DNA of 64,000 nucleotides. Origin: Chloroflexota bacterium (GTDB lineage Bacteria > Chloroflexota > UBA11872 > VXOZ01). Every line of letters begins with the position of its first letter. The first letter of the stretch is position 1. The stretch is from positions 736,001 through 800,000 of the forward strand of contig OZ244922.1 of NCBI GenBank assembly GCA_965221905.1, written 5' to 3'. The notes below the pieces were generated by a model that saw only the letters and a list, made by a program, of their open reading frames with translations, was not told the DNA's origin and ran no database searches. The position numbers and the translations under genes were made by a program. Shown one piece after another: positions 50,540 to 60,376 of the stretch.

Positions 50540-50902
50540 TCATGATGCCAAAGGAACTACCTTTGATCTGCGAATAGTAGTGTCACGCGTAAGTAAAGGA
50601 ATACTGTGCACTACGCTGGTTGCAGCGATGATCTCGTCCGCAGGATCGCTTCTAAAGTCGAGACGGGTTGAAGCACGCGCAACATCGAGGTCAATCGGCC
50701 ACACATGCAGGCGGTTAAGAAGGCGTGCCACTCGTCGGTCTTCAAAATCCAACTGAATTCGGCCGAGCTGAACGAGCTTGGCCAGTTCCCACAAGACGAT
50801 AGACGAGATTGACCAACGGCTGCGCGCCAACAGGCTTTGCTCACTCGCGTGTAGCTCGCCGTCAAGTGCACATAATAAGATGTGCGTATCAAGATTGATC
50901 AT
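50540..50902 (-). CDS. vapC: PIN-domain toxin (VapC family)
   Basis: LDTHIL, S.I..WE, DPADEII.AT, LLTRD. Confidence 0.9.
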   Translation of the reverse strand: MINLDTHILLCALDGELHASEQSLLARSRWSISSIVLWELAKLVQLGRIQLDFEDRRVARLLNRLHVWPIDLDVARASTRLDFRSDPADEIIAATSVVHSIPLLTRDTTIRRSKVVPLAS

Positions 50903-51113
50903 CTGCGTCCCAGCGGAGACCGGTGGTGAATATGTCTCCCTTGATCTTTAGCTTACCCCGCAGGCTGCCAATAAGGTCGCCATCATTAGTTTCGTAAGGT
51001 ATTACGCGTGCTACCGGCTTGCCTCGCTTGGTGACGATTAGGCCATCGGCGTCTAGATTGTCCAGCAATGCCAAACACTGTTCCTTGAACTTTGCGGCTC
51101 CAATCTCTTTCAT
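50889..51113 (-). CDS. Phd/YefM family antitoxin
   Basis: AAKFKEQCLALLD, VTKRGKPVARVIP; overlaps vapC. Confidence 0.9.
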   Translation of the reverse strand: MKEIGAAKFKEQCLALLDNLDADGLIVTKRGKPVARVIPYETNDGDLIGSLRGKLKIKGDIFTTGLRWDADDQS

Positions 51114-51295
51114 GGTTTCCTCCTTCCATATAGACACATTATATGACTAGATGCAAAATATGTCCATATTAACGCAAGTAAAACTTTCCCATTCGATGGT
51201 CACATGTTGCATGCCAGAGCGGGGCACGAGGCCCCGCGCTACAAAGATGAGGTCGCCGTATAGGCGAACAGTGCAAATGCTGAGTTACGCTGCTC

Positions 51296-52492
51296 CTAGT
51301 ATTGAATTGGCACTAAGGCACCGCCATTGCTCGCCGACTCGAGCACCGCGTCGCAGATTACGGCAGCCCGGTAGCCGTCCTCAAAGTCAGCACCGTAGGG
51401 CGCGACCTCTGTGTCGTTCACGATGGCGTCCAGCAGGTGGGTGAACTCGTGGACGAAGGTATGCTCCCAGCCGATGATATGGCCGTGGGGCCACCAGTAC
51501 TTCCAGAAGGGGTGGTCGGCCTCGGTGACCAGCACCCGGCGGAAGCCCTGGGCATGGCCGCCCGGTTCGCTGTCGCTCAGATGGACTTCAAGCTCGTTCA
51601 GACGCTCCAGATCGAAGACGATGCTTCCCTTGGAACCGTTGATCTCGATGCGCTGGTGGTTCTTACGCCCATTGCCATAGCGGCTGGCCTCCAGGGTGCC
51701 GATTGCGCCGTTCGCGAATTGCACTAGCGAAACGAACGCATCGTCCACGTCCACAGTGTCCCGTCCGCCGTCGTCGGTGGGACGCTCTTTGATGAAGGTT
51801 TGCGTGAGACCTGAAATTGCCGTTGGCTCGCCGACGAGGAAGCGCGCGAGATCGATGATGTGGGCGCCCAGGTCGCCGAGCGCGCCGCTGCCCGCGATGT
51901 CCTTCTTCAAGCGCCAGACCATGGGAAATTGCGGGTCCATGATCCATTCTTGCAGGTAGACGGCCCGGAAGTGGTAAATCTGCCCCAATTCGCCTCTCTC
52001 GATCATTTCGCGCGCCAGCCGCAAGGCCGGTACAAAACGGTAGTTGAAGGCGCAGGCGTGCTTGACGCCGGCTTTCTGAACAGCCTCCAGCATGCTCTTG
52101 GACTCTTGGGCCGTGCGCGCCAGCGGCTTCTCGCAGATGATGTGCTTGCCGGCCTCGGCAGCGGCGATGCAGGGCTCGGCGTGGGTGTCGTTCGGCCCGC
52201 CGTTGTCGAATAGCTGGATGGCGTCGTCCTTTATGAGGTCGCGCCAGTCGGTGCAATAGCGCTGGAAGCCATAGCGCGTCGCGGCATCCCGCACCGCAGC
52301 CTCGTTGCGTCCGCAGATCGATACGAGCGCGGGCACGGCCGGCAGCGGGTCCACCATATAAGGAATCTTGCGCAGGGCGTTGCTATGGGCCTTGCCCATG
52401 AAGGCATAGCCCAGCATCCCCACGCCAATCACCGGTACGTCCTTCCGTCCGGACGACTGCCCCATGGTGACGAAACCAACGTCTTCAGACAT
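51296..52492 (-). CDS. Gfo/Idh/MocA family oxidoreductase
   Basis: GYAFMGKAH, CEKPLA, FNYRF, GALGDLGAHIID. Confidence 0.94.
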   Translation of the reverse strand: MSEDVGFVTMGQSSGRKDVPVIGVGMLGYAFMGKAHSNALRKIPYMVDPLPAVPALVSICGRNEAAVRDAATRYGFQRYCTDWRDLIKDDAIQLFDNGGPNDTHAEPCIAAAEAGKHIICEKPLARTAQESKSMLEAVQKAGVKHACAFNYRFVPALRLAREMIERGELGQIYHFRAVYLQEWIMDPQFPMVWRLKKDIAGSGALGDLGAHIIDLARFLVGEPTAISGLTQTFIKERPTDDGGRDTVDVDDAFVSLVQFANGAIGTLEASRYGNGRKNHQRIEINGSKGSIVFDLERLNELEVHLSDSEPGGHAQGFRRVLVTEADHPFWKYWWPHGHIIGWEHTFVHEFTHLLDAIVNDTEVAPYGADFEDGYRAAVICDAVLESASNGGALVPIQY

Positions 52493-52587
52493 AGCATTCC
52501 TCCATCTTTGCTCGTAGGTAGTTGAGGTAATGGTGACTCTAAGGGAGCCTGTTCGTCAATGGTGCGGCGAACAAGCGGTACTGGGAC

Positions 52588-52743
52588 CGTCATTCCGGCG
52601 AAATGCCTGCCCTGTACGCGATACGGGGCCAGAATCCATCCATGATACTCGCGGTTAGTAGCGTAGCGCGGGGGACAAGCCCCCGCGCTACGGTGCAGAT
52701 TAGTAGCAGAACAGCTCGTCATTGCCGCGTATGCGGGAATCCA
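52588..52743. repeat. Family C with nested hairpin, full family B REP (52663-52691), family C
   Basis: gtagcgcgggggacaagcccccgcgctac; further B copies at 38041 and 51217. Confidence 0.82.
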
Positions 52744-52868
52744 ACTTCTGTGTTTAGCGGGATTCTTGCTTCAACCGAGGAGTCGAAGACCCACGCTGCC
52801 CTGTAGCGAGGAACGGTTTGCCAGGTACTCGGGAGTTCATTAGTGCAATCACCAGCAGATTGGTTACC

Positions 52869-53843
52869 CTATTCAGAAAACGACGCGAGCACGGCGTCCC
52901 AGGCTACCTCGGAAGCGAGCACACCGAGTACGTACTCATTCAGGCCTTGGTCGTATGCTAATTCGTTCGTGGTTACGGCGTAGAGCACGTCACCGTCGGA
53001 AATGGTGTGCAGCGGCTCGATGGCGCGCGCCATTGACGTATGCACGTGGCGGGCGAGTTGACGGAGCGACCATCCGCCCAGGATTTGGTTCGTGACCACC
53101 ACCGTGAGCGTTGTATTGCCATGCGGTGGCGGCAGTCCGGCGTCGGCCACCCGCGGGCGCTCGCCGGTACGCGGGTCCAGCGAGCCGCGCACCACGCGTC
53201 CCTGACGGTCTACGATGGCGCCGACGGCATTCACCACTGTGAAGACGGCAACTTTCACACCCTTGACTTCACGAAACGCGCCGCCTTGACCGGCGTGCTC
53301 GCTGCGGAAGGGCTTCTGCAGCCACTTGCCTACCGTCGCCGAGCGGCCCGCGCCGCGCGCACCGAGCGGAAATACCCCCGGTTGTGCCGCCGCGAGCGCC
53401 GCGCGGCCGAGGGCTTTATCGGGGTAGACTGCGTTATCACGCGGGCCGAAGTCATAGATGATCGCGCCGGAGACCAGGGCGATGTTGCCCCAATGGGGAG
53501 AATAGTTGTGCCGGGCGAGCAGTCCAGCGGCCACGCCTGTGGCTGCTTCCAGACCGTAGAACGAGCCGCCGGCCAGGCAGATAGCGTCCAGCTTGCCCTC
53601 CCCGTTTTGCAGCGCCTCAGTATACAGTGTCGCATGTGCCCCGCCGCGAATGTCCACGGCAGCCACGGCCCCATGGTCGAAGTCAAAGACCGTGCAGCCT
53701 GTCGGGCCGGCCTCATACTCGGCAACGCCGATTGCCAGGCGGGGAAAGTCGAACGTGAGCGTCGGACCGCTAAACTCGGTCTGCGGCACGAGCGCAAGGG
53801 AGTCGTTTGAGAGCAGGGGCTGTTTGGTGTCTTGGTCTGACAT
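52869..53843 (-). CDS. P1 family (DmpA/S58-like) peptidase
   Basis: PTGCT, DIRGG, LAGGSFYGL, VNAVG, GNTTL, DGDVLYA. Confidence 0.88.
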   Translation of the reverse strand: MSDQDTKQPLLSNDSLALVPQTEFSGPTLTFDFPRLAIGVAEYEAGPTGCTVFDFDHGAVAAVDIRGGAHATLYTEALQNGEGKLDAICLAGGSFYGLEAATGVAAGLLARHNYSPHWGNIALVSGAIIYDFGPRDNAVYPDKALGRAALAAAQPGVFPLGARGAGRSATVGKWLQKPFRSEHAGQGGAFREVKGVKVAVFTVVNAVGAIVDRQGRVVRGSLDPRTGERPRVADAGLPPPHGNTTLTVVVTNQILGGWSLRQLARHVHTSMARAIEPLHTISDGDVLYAVTTNELAYDQGLNEYVLGVLASEVAWDAVLASFSE

Positions 53844-54085
53844 GCACTTTCCTCTTACAGGCACTAATTCGCTCTAGGTGAATGGTAAATCAATGAAGGG
53901 AATCTAAAGAACGGGCAGGGCGAAGGGCGTGGACAACTCGTGTCCCGGAGCACCGCGCCTGGAGTGCAAAAAAAGTGAGGTGCTCCCAGGGATCAGTATC
54001 ATTACGGCATCGAAGGATCTCCACAAGAGCATCATAGCACCCAGCGCGTTCAGCAGGGCTCTGCGAGCGCAGGCCGATCCATTCC

Positions 54086-55672
54086 TTAACTGTTAGGGTC
54101 TTTGATTGCAAGCTGCCGTACGATCTGCTGCATGGCGTCGCCGTAGCGCTGCTGGGAGAATGCCTTGCTCCGCTCTTGTGCCGCCGCGCTGAGGCGCGCG
54201 CGTCGTTCGGGATGTTCTATGAGCTGCTGGGTGGCGGCGACGAGTTCGGCAACTGTATCCCAGAGAATGCCGTTTTCGCCTGGCGTTATGACTTCGCCTA
54301 CCCCGCCCTTGCCGACTGCCAGCGGCACCGCGCCGGCGGCCATCGCCTCGACGACGCTGATGCCAAAGTGCTCCACACGCAGCGGCTCTTTCTCCTCGTT
54401 CACGCCGAAACCGGCCGCATGCCAGTAGAGGCTTGCCTGAGCGGATAGATTCTGGAGTGTGGCGAAGTCCGCGTTGGCGTGAAGGGTCACGGGTAGGTCC
54501 TGAGCCATTTTCTGAACTTGGGCGAAGAAAGCGCGGTCTGCCGGTTTCTCACCGACGGTACCGACGAGGTGAAGTTCCCAGTTCTGCACCCCACTGGCGA
54601 CCAACGTGCGAAAGGCATCTATGAGCACGTCTTGGCGCTTGCAATGCTCGCCGACAAAGAAACGTCCGGTGGAGAGGATGATGGGATGCTTGACGCCGGG
54701 TGCGAAGCTCGTGGTGTCAACGGGCGGATAGAGGAACTCGCTCTCCGCGTCCCAGAAGCGCCGGAGCCACGAGGCTGTAAAGGCTGAATTGGCGAGTATG
54801 AGGTCGTAGGTGTCTAGGTAGTCCATCTCGGTTTCTTGCAGTATCGTCCGTGCCCGTAACATCAGCCGGGGCAGATTGCGCTCGAACAGGCGCCTGAAGA
54901 AGCGGCTGAGGGTAGTGCCTGCGGTAACTTGGCTGATGGCGATACCGAGCGGGCGGCGCTCTTCCGGTGTGGAGGGATCAGGCTCCACAACATCGCTTTC
55001 GACATCGATGGTCACGCGTTCGGCCTGGCTCAATTCGGATGGGACCCGTAGTGTGAGCAGGCGGAAATTGCCTGCAGACGGCGCCACATCAACACTTGCG
55101 ATCTCTGTGCCCTGCGTGGCAAAGCGGGCGCGAAGCGGAACCGTTCCGACAAAGTTACCAACCGCAAATTGCACGGTTACACCACGCCTGCCTCCGGGCA
55201 CGGAGAACCCGGCGCGGCGGCCCATGGAACGGTACCAGCCAACGTCTACCAACTCCATACCGTAGAATCCGTACTCATAACGCACCCGGCCCAGGCGAGC
55301 CGCGCACCATTGGACGAGATGTTGCGTTAGCTTCGCACACGGGGAAAGGTCGCGCGGGAGCGGAAAGTAGATGAAGAGGATGCTGGCGGGCGCGCGGCTC
55401 GGGATGTTGTCCATGTGCGAGCCGTTGATGAAGAGGTCGTACTCCGCAGTAAGCGCTTCAAGTTCTGAGTAGGGGAGGTCTGGGATTACGCGCAGCCCAA
55501 CGTCCGAGAGATCGAGGTCAAAACGCTGGGCGACTGCTGAAAGGTCTGTAGGATTGGTAGTGATGAACGTAACGTCGTGGCCGTCGGCGGCGAGCGCCTG
55601 CGCGGCGGACCCCGTTTGCCGCTCGCCACCGCCCTGCGTCTGCAGCCATCGGTTGAAGATACCTATACGCAT
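54086..55672 (-). CDS. GT4 glycosyltransferase with internal beta-rich insert
   Basis: GGGER, ANSAFT, YPPVD, GRFF, KRQD, EHFGISVVEAMAAG. Confidence 0.88.
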   Translation of the reverse strand: MRIGIFNRWLQTQGGGERQTGSAAQALAADGHDVTFITTNPTDLSAVAQRFDLDLSDVGLRVIPDLPYSELEALTAEYDLFINGSHMDNIPSRAPASILFIYFPLPRDLSPCAKLTQHLVQWCAARLGRVRYEYGFYGMELVDVGWYRSMGRRAGFSVPGGRRGVTVQFAVGNFVGTVPLRARFATQGTEIASVDVAPSAGNFRLLTLRVPSELSQAERVTIDVESDVVEPDPSTPEERRPLGIAISQVTAGTTLSRFFRRLFERNLPRLMLRARTILQETEMDYLDTYDLILANSAFTASWLRRFWDAESEFLYPPVDTTSFAPGVKHPIILSTGRFFVGEHCKRQDVLIDAFRTLVASGVQNWELHLVGTVGEKPADRAFFAQVQKMAQDLPVTLHANADFATLQNLSAQASLYWHAAGFGVNEEKEPLRVEHFGISVVEAMAAGAVPLAVGKGGVGEVITPGENGILWDTVAELVAATQQLIEHPERRARLSAAAQERSKAFSQQRYGDAMQQIVRQLAIKDPNS

Positions 55673-55754
55673 AGCAAGGTTAACTCTTACCCACGTGGAT
55701 GCCTGAATATTAGACTTTGGAGCGATTCTAGCGTAAAGGTGCGCAGAGCGCCGC

Positions 55755-56864
55755 TCACTGTGTATCGAAGCGGTCGGGAGAAAACGGCCGCAGCGGCGCG
55801 AGGTCGCCGCCACGAATGGCGTTGCACATGAGCTGAGCAGTAATCGGGGTGAGCAGGATGCCGTTGCGGTGGTGGCCGGCGGCGACCCACAGTCCCGGCC
55901 GGTGCGCGACCGGCCCCAGCAGCGGCAAGCCGTCGGCGGGCGTGGGGCGCAGGCCCACGCCGAAATGATGTACCCGCGCGTCGGCCAAATTAGGCGCGAG
56001 CTTGTGCAGCACCTTGACGAGAAAGGCCACGCCTCCGGGCGTATTCTCGCGCTCGAACCCCGCGTCCTCTTCCGTAGCGCCAACGACAATGCGCCCGTCC
56101 TGCTTTGGCGCCAGGTAGCCGCCTGCGCCGAAGGCGACGCGCTGCAGCGGACGGTTGTAGGTCTCCAGCACCATCACTTGGCCCCGGGTTGGTTTCAACG
56201 GCAGCGCAATGCCGAGGTGATCTCCGAGCAGGCGGCTCCACGCTCCGGCGGCAATCACAACGTGGTCGGCGTGCACGGACCCGGCAGCAGTCTGCACCCC
56301 GGTAACACGTTCACCGGCGGTGATGAAGCCATGCACGGGGGTGTACTCGTGTATTGTCACACCCTGGGCGACGGCTGCCAGCGTCAGCACGTGCATGAGT
56401 TGCGGCGCGTACACGTGGGCGTCGTCTTTAAAGAGTACGGCGCCGCGGGCGATTGTGTTGAGCAGCGGCTCTTCCCGGCGCAACGCCTCGGCATCGAGCC
56501 AGGCGACGTGCTGACCTCGCTCGGCAAGTGCTTTAGCCCGCCTGGAGTGAAAGTCCGCTTGCTTCCCACCGAACACGACGGTGAGCGCGCCGGAACGCGT
56601 GTAGGTGGCGTCCAGGCCGGTGGCGGCTTCGAGCTCAGCCGTGAAGTCCGGATAGAGTCGGGCCGACTGCACGGAGAGATTGAGGACGTGATCGCCGCGG
56701 TCTCCCTCTACGCCGGATCCCAGTATGCCGGCGGCAGCGATACGGGCCTGGCCGCCCACGCGTTCCTTCTCGAATGCGGCTACCCGCACACCGGACTTTG
56801 CCAGCGTGTAGGCAATGGCGCAGCCGATGATCCCGCCGCCAATGATGGCTACCTCAGTTGTCAT
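55755..56864 (-). CDS. thiO: Glycine oxidase
   Basis: IIGGGIIG, AAAGIL, AAGAWS, RGQ, GLRP, GHHRNGILL.P; in thi operon. Confidence 0.94.
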   Translation of the reverse strand: MTTEVAIIGGGIIGCAIAYTLAKSGVRVAAFEKERVGGQARIAAAGILGSGVEGDRGDHVLNLSVQSARLYPDFTAELEAATGLDATYTRSGALTVVFGGKQADFHSRRAKALAERGQHVAWLDAEALRREEPLLNTIARGAVLFKDDAHVYAPQLMHVLTLAAVAQGVTIHEYTPVHGFITAGERVTGVQTAAGSVHADHVVIAAGAWSRLLGDHLGIALPLKPTRGQVMVLETYNRPLQRVAFGAGGYLAPKQDGRIVVGATEEDAGFERENTPGGVAFLVKVLHKLAPNLADARVHHFGVGLRPTPADGLPLLGPVAHRPGLWVAAGHHRNGILLTPITAQLMCNAIRGGDLAPLRPFSPDRFDTQ

Positions 56865-57235
56865 GGGTGAAGTTCATTCGGTTTCTTTCGCTTCGGACGT
56901 TTGGATGATTCGTGTTCGCCCGTATTGACGCCATTGGGAGCAGTAACGTCGGAAGGTATTTCATCATCCTGCTGACTGCTGCCGCCGCCAACCATGCGGA
57001 CGATCTCTACCACATCGCCCTCTTGCAGGAAAACCTGCCGGTGCTCGTTGCGGCGGACTACCTCTTGGTTCACGGCAACGGCGATGAACCGCGTTGGCAC
57101 GTCGTTCTCCTCAAGAAAGGCAGACAGCGCCGTGCCTGAGGGTAATCGGCGTTCTTCCCCGTTTACGGTTATGCGGATGCCTTCCGCTGGTGCTTGAATG
57201 TGCGCAGGCGGGGTGGCCTCTTCTTCCCTCGTCAT
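56861..57235 (-). CDS. thiS: Sulfur carrier ThiS with N- and C-terminal extensions
   Basis: ITVNGE...AVAVNQEVV...LQEGDVVEIVRMVGGG followed by ~30 more residues. Confidence 0.88.
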   Translation of the reverse strand: MTREEEATPPAHIQAPAEGIRITVNGEERRLPSGTALSAFLEENDVPTRFIAVAVNQEVVRRNEHRQVFLQEGDVVEIVRMVGGGSSQQDDEIPSDVTAPNGVNTGEHESSKRPKRKKPNELHP

Positions 57236-57948
57236 GAGGATTGCACCTGTCGCTGTCCGGTAAGCGCCTCGATCAGGTGGCGAGCGGCCGCAGAGGTGTC
57301 GGTTGCCCGGAGCAGTGCGCCAATCACGGCCACGCCGTGCGCGCCCGCTGCCATCACTGCCGGCGCGTTCTGCGCCGTAATGCCACCGACGCCGATGACG
57401 GGGATGTCAATTTCCGCCTTTACGTCGCGCACCAATTGTGGCCCCGCGGGAGTGCATCCCGGCTTGGAGTCCGTCGCATAGATCGTCCCAACTTGCACAA
57501 AGTCTGCACCTTGGAGCTCGCTGAGCGCGGCGACCCTGACGCTGTGCGCCGAACACCCCAGCAGCATGTGCTCTCCCAGCAATTGCCGGGCAGACTCAAT
57601 CGGCAGGCCGTTTTCAGGCAGGTGCGCCCCGTCTGCGCCCACGGCGAGGGCGACGTCCACGCGGTCATTGACGATCAGAAGCGCGCGGCCTTGAGTGACC
57701 CGCCGGAGATAAAACGCCAGCGCGAAGAGGTCTCCGGCAGGCAGTCCTTTTTCCCGTAACTGTACGACGTTCACTCCGCCTGCAATGCCCGCACGCACCC
57801 GTTCTACGAGCATCCTCGTAGACTCGATTTTCGCTATCTCAAGGCTGCTAAGACCCCTGAGCTCCGGCACGTGTGCCGCCGCGCTAAGGTCCGGCGCGTC
57901 GAGGCGCGTGATGAGCGTGAGACAGGGGTATGGCAATTGGGGTTTCAT
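57232..57948 (-). CDS. thiE: Thiamine-phosphate synthase
   Basis: VQLREK, NDRVDVA, GAHL, SAH, T.SKP, GGIT. Confidence 0.93.
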   Translation of the reverse strand: MKPQLPYPCLTLITRLDAPDLSAAAHVPELRGLSSLEIAKIESTRMLVERVRAGIAGGVNVVQLREKGLPAGDLFALAFYLRRVTQGRALLIVNDRVDVALAVGADGAHLPENGLPIESARQLLGEHMLLGCSAHSVRVAALSELQGADFVQVGTIYATDSKPGCTPAGPQLVRDVKAEIDIPVIGVGGITAQNAPAVMAAGAHGVAVIGALLRATDTSAAARHLIEALTGQRQVQSS

Positions 57949-57967
57949 GCGGCGTGAACGAGTCGCG

Positions 57968-58744
57968 CTAGGCGTGGACGACTCCAGCTACAGGACTGCT
58001 GGGCGTGGCGAATTTCTGCTGCGCGATGCGCCCGGCAAGGTAGGCTTTGCGGCCGGCTTCTACACCGAGGCGGAAGCCTTCCGCCATGAGCACCGGGTCT
58101 TCTGCACGCGCAATCGCCGTATTGATGAGCACGGCGTCCGCGCCAATTTCAAGCGATAGTGAAGCTTCGGACGGCACACCGATCCCGGCGTCCACGACGA
58201 CGGGTACGCTCGCCTGCTCGACGATCAGTTCGATCTCTTCCCGCGTAAAGATGCCTTGGCCGGAGCCGATGGGCGAGCCGAGCGGCATTACGGTGGCACA
58301 GCCCACGTCTTCCAAGCGCCGCGCCAGGATGGGGTCGGCGTGGATATACGGCAGCACGACAAAGCCGTCTTTGACAAGCGCCTCGGCGGCATGGAGCGTA
58401 TCCACCGGGTCCGGCAGCAGCGAATCCGGGTCCGGCTGCACTTCGAGCTTTACCCAGTCCGATCCGGTCAGTTCGCGTGCCAGCTTGGCCGTAACGACGG
58501 CCTCGTCCGCGGTGCGCGCGCCGGCCGTATTCGGCAGAATAGTGTAGCGCTCCCAATCGATGTGGTCGAGGATCGTCTTTTGCGTCGGATTGCTGAGGTC
58601 GAGGCGCCGTATCGCCACCGTGATGATCTCGGCGCCCGACGCCTCGATTGCTTGAATCATCTCCTCAGGCGTGCGGTACTTGCCCGTGCCGATCATCAGC
58701 CGCGACGTGAATTGCTTTCCCGCTATCTCAAGCGCGTCTGTCAT
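57968..58744 (-). CDS. thiG: Thiazole synthase
   Basis: [39 protein letters not shown]. Confidence 0.97.
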   Translation of the reverse strand: MTDALEIAGKQFTSRLMIGTGKYRTPEEMIQAIEASGAEIITVAIRRLDLSNPTQKTILDHIDWERYTILPNTAGARTADEAVVTAKLARELTGSDWVKLEVQPDPDSLLPDPVDTLHAAEALVKDGFVVLPYIHADPILARRLEDVGCATVMPLGSPIGSGQGIFTREEIELIVEQASVPVVVDAGIGVPSEASLSLEIGADAVLINTAIARAEDPVLMAEGFRLGVEAGRKAYLAGRIAQQKFATPSSPVAGVVHA

Positions 58745-58819
58745 TGTCGTTCCTTTTCCACATGGTGCGGGTAGATTAGAAGGAGACTGCCTGCCTCTCG
58801 CGCCCTCTCTTCCCCGCAA

Positions 58820-58856
58820 AATACAAAAACCGCTTCACAGTGAGGAGAGCGGTTTG
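58820..58856 (-). terminator. Intrinsic terminator (expression platform of TPP riboswitch)
   Basis: Minus strand aaaccgct...agcggttt followed by ttgtatttt. Confidence 0.75.
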
Positions 58857-58876
58857 CGGCAATGTCTTCGTGTTCT

Positions 58877-58970
58877 GCCGCTTCCCTCCGCTGGGATGAT
58901 CCAGGTCAGGTTCCAAGGGTTGCCCCTGTCTGTGGCAGAGGGCTCTCAGCCATGCGGCTCCCCTAGCGGC
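58877..58970 (-). ncRNA. TPP riboswitch aptamer
   Basis: Minus strand gccgcTAGGGGagc...CTGAGA...ACCCttgGAACCTGAcCtGGATcATcCCaGCGgAGGGAagcggc, upstream of thiG. Confidence 0.95.
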
Positions 58971-59180
58971 CCTAGTGGCGGAATACGGTATGCGCCAGTA
59001 AGACGGTTCCAGTATACCATGCGGTGCAGGCGGACTGGGAGTGCGTATAGAATGAAACGACGAAGTGCGAAGGAAGTGACCGGTGGCGCATGTTGCGTTG
59101 ATTGCGCACCTGCCGCATTGTTCGTACTCCAGCGTTGGTTGTGGCGCGGGATATGGACTAACAAGAGAGGAGCGGTGTAT

Positions 59181-60176
59181 ATGGATATGGTGAACATCGG
59201 TCTTGCGGGCACAGGAGGCATAGCGCAATCGCACGCGCGCGGGTTGGCATCCGTTCCCCAGGCGCGGATTGTGGCCGCGGCAGACGTGGATGAAGCAGCC
59301 GTGCACGCATTCGCCGCTGCGCATGACGTGGCGCACGTCGATACTGACTACCGCGCCGTTCTGGACAACCCGGCGGTAGATGCGGTCATCATCTGTCTGC
59401 CCCATGCGCTGCACGGTGAGGCTGCCATGGCTGCGGCGCAGGCCGGCAAGCACGTGCTCTCCGAGAAGCCGCTGGGCGTATCCGTAGAAGAGTGCAGCGC
59501 CATCATCGCCGCCTGCCGGGAAGCCAACGTGAACCTGATGGTCGGTCACACCCATCGCTTCATGTTGGAGCACCTGCGGGCGCTGGAGTTGCTACGCGAG
59601 GGGGCGATCGGAGACGTGCTCCATATTCACGACTCCATCACTGGCGCTACCCGCCATAAGGATCTGGGCTGGCGGGGTGTGCGGGCGCTGGCCGGCGGCG
59701 GTGTGTTTATGGATAACGGCGTGCATAGCGCGGACCGGCTGCGCTGGTGGATCGGGTCGGAGGTGACGGCGGTCACCGCCAACATCGGCCACTACGGCGC
59801 GCGTACCGAGGGGGAGGATTTCGGTGTGGCGCACCTCGAATTTGCCAACGGCGCGAGTGCGACGATGGAAATCTCGTTGATTGCGGCACCCGCCATGGGC
59901 CGCTGCCGCGCCGAGGTGACGGGCTCAGCAGGGGCGATGGAGATCGCGACGTGGCGGCATCTCAAGGTGGCGGGTGCGGATGACCAGGAATGGGAAACAA
60001 TGACGTTCCCACGCGATCGCAGCCAGTTCGTGCGGGAGGACGGCGAGTTCGTGGCGAGCATCTTGGAACAACGCGCGCCGCTCGTCACCGGCGAGGACGG
60101 CAAACGGGCCGTGGCCATCGTGCAAGGCATCTATCAAGCGGCAGAGAGCGGCGAGCGGGTGTGCTTGCACGAATAG
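59181..60176 (+). CDS. Gfo/Idh/MocA family oxidoreductase
   Basis: GTGGIA..H, HVLSEKP, GHTHRF, GGGVFMDNGVH. Confidence 0.93.
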   Translation: MDMVNIGLAGTGGIAQSHARGLASVPQARIVAAADVDEAAVHAFAAAHDVAHVDTDYRAVLDNPAVDAVIICLPHALHGEAAMAAAQAGKHVLSEKPLGVSVEECSAIIAACREANVNLMVGHTHRFMLEHLRALELLREGAIGDVLHIHDSITGATRHKDLGWRGVRALAGGGVFMDNGVHSADRLRWWIGSEVTAVTANIGHYGARTEGEDFGVAHLEFANGASATMEISLIAAPAMGRCRAEVTGSAGAMEIATWRHLKVAGADDQEWETMTFPRDRSQFVREDGEFVASILEQRAPLVTGEDGKRAVAIVQGIYQAAESGERVCLHE

Positions 60177-60246
60177 GCCGTGTAGACATCAAATCTCTAC
60201 CCAGTGCCCGAGCGGGGACTAGCAGCAAAAGTCGGCACTCCCAGTC

Positions 60247-60273
60247 CGTCATTCCGGCGAAAGCCGGAATCCA
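60247..60273. repeat. Family C palindrome
   Basis: cgtcattccggcgaaagccggaatcca, identical to 28199. Confidence 0.85.
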
Positions 60274-60376
60274 TCCTTGCCAGTTGCGCGAGAACTTTCT
60301 ACCCAAGGTTTTGTGAAGGCTGCTCGGTTGGCTGAGGAATCCCTTGCCTGTATGGCCGCAGGTTGTGCAACCCTCG

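Noticed and set aside
55673-56089. N-terminal 139 aa of the 667-aa ORF
   Set aside because: Off-frame overlap with thiO; GT4 homology starts at MRIGIF (55672)
58671-59180. N-terminal extension of the oxidoreductase ORF
   Set aside because: Overlaps thiG and the TPP riboswitch; AGGAG RBS precedes ATG 59181
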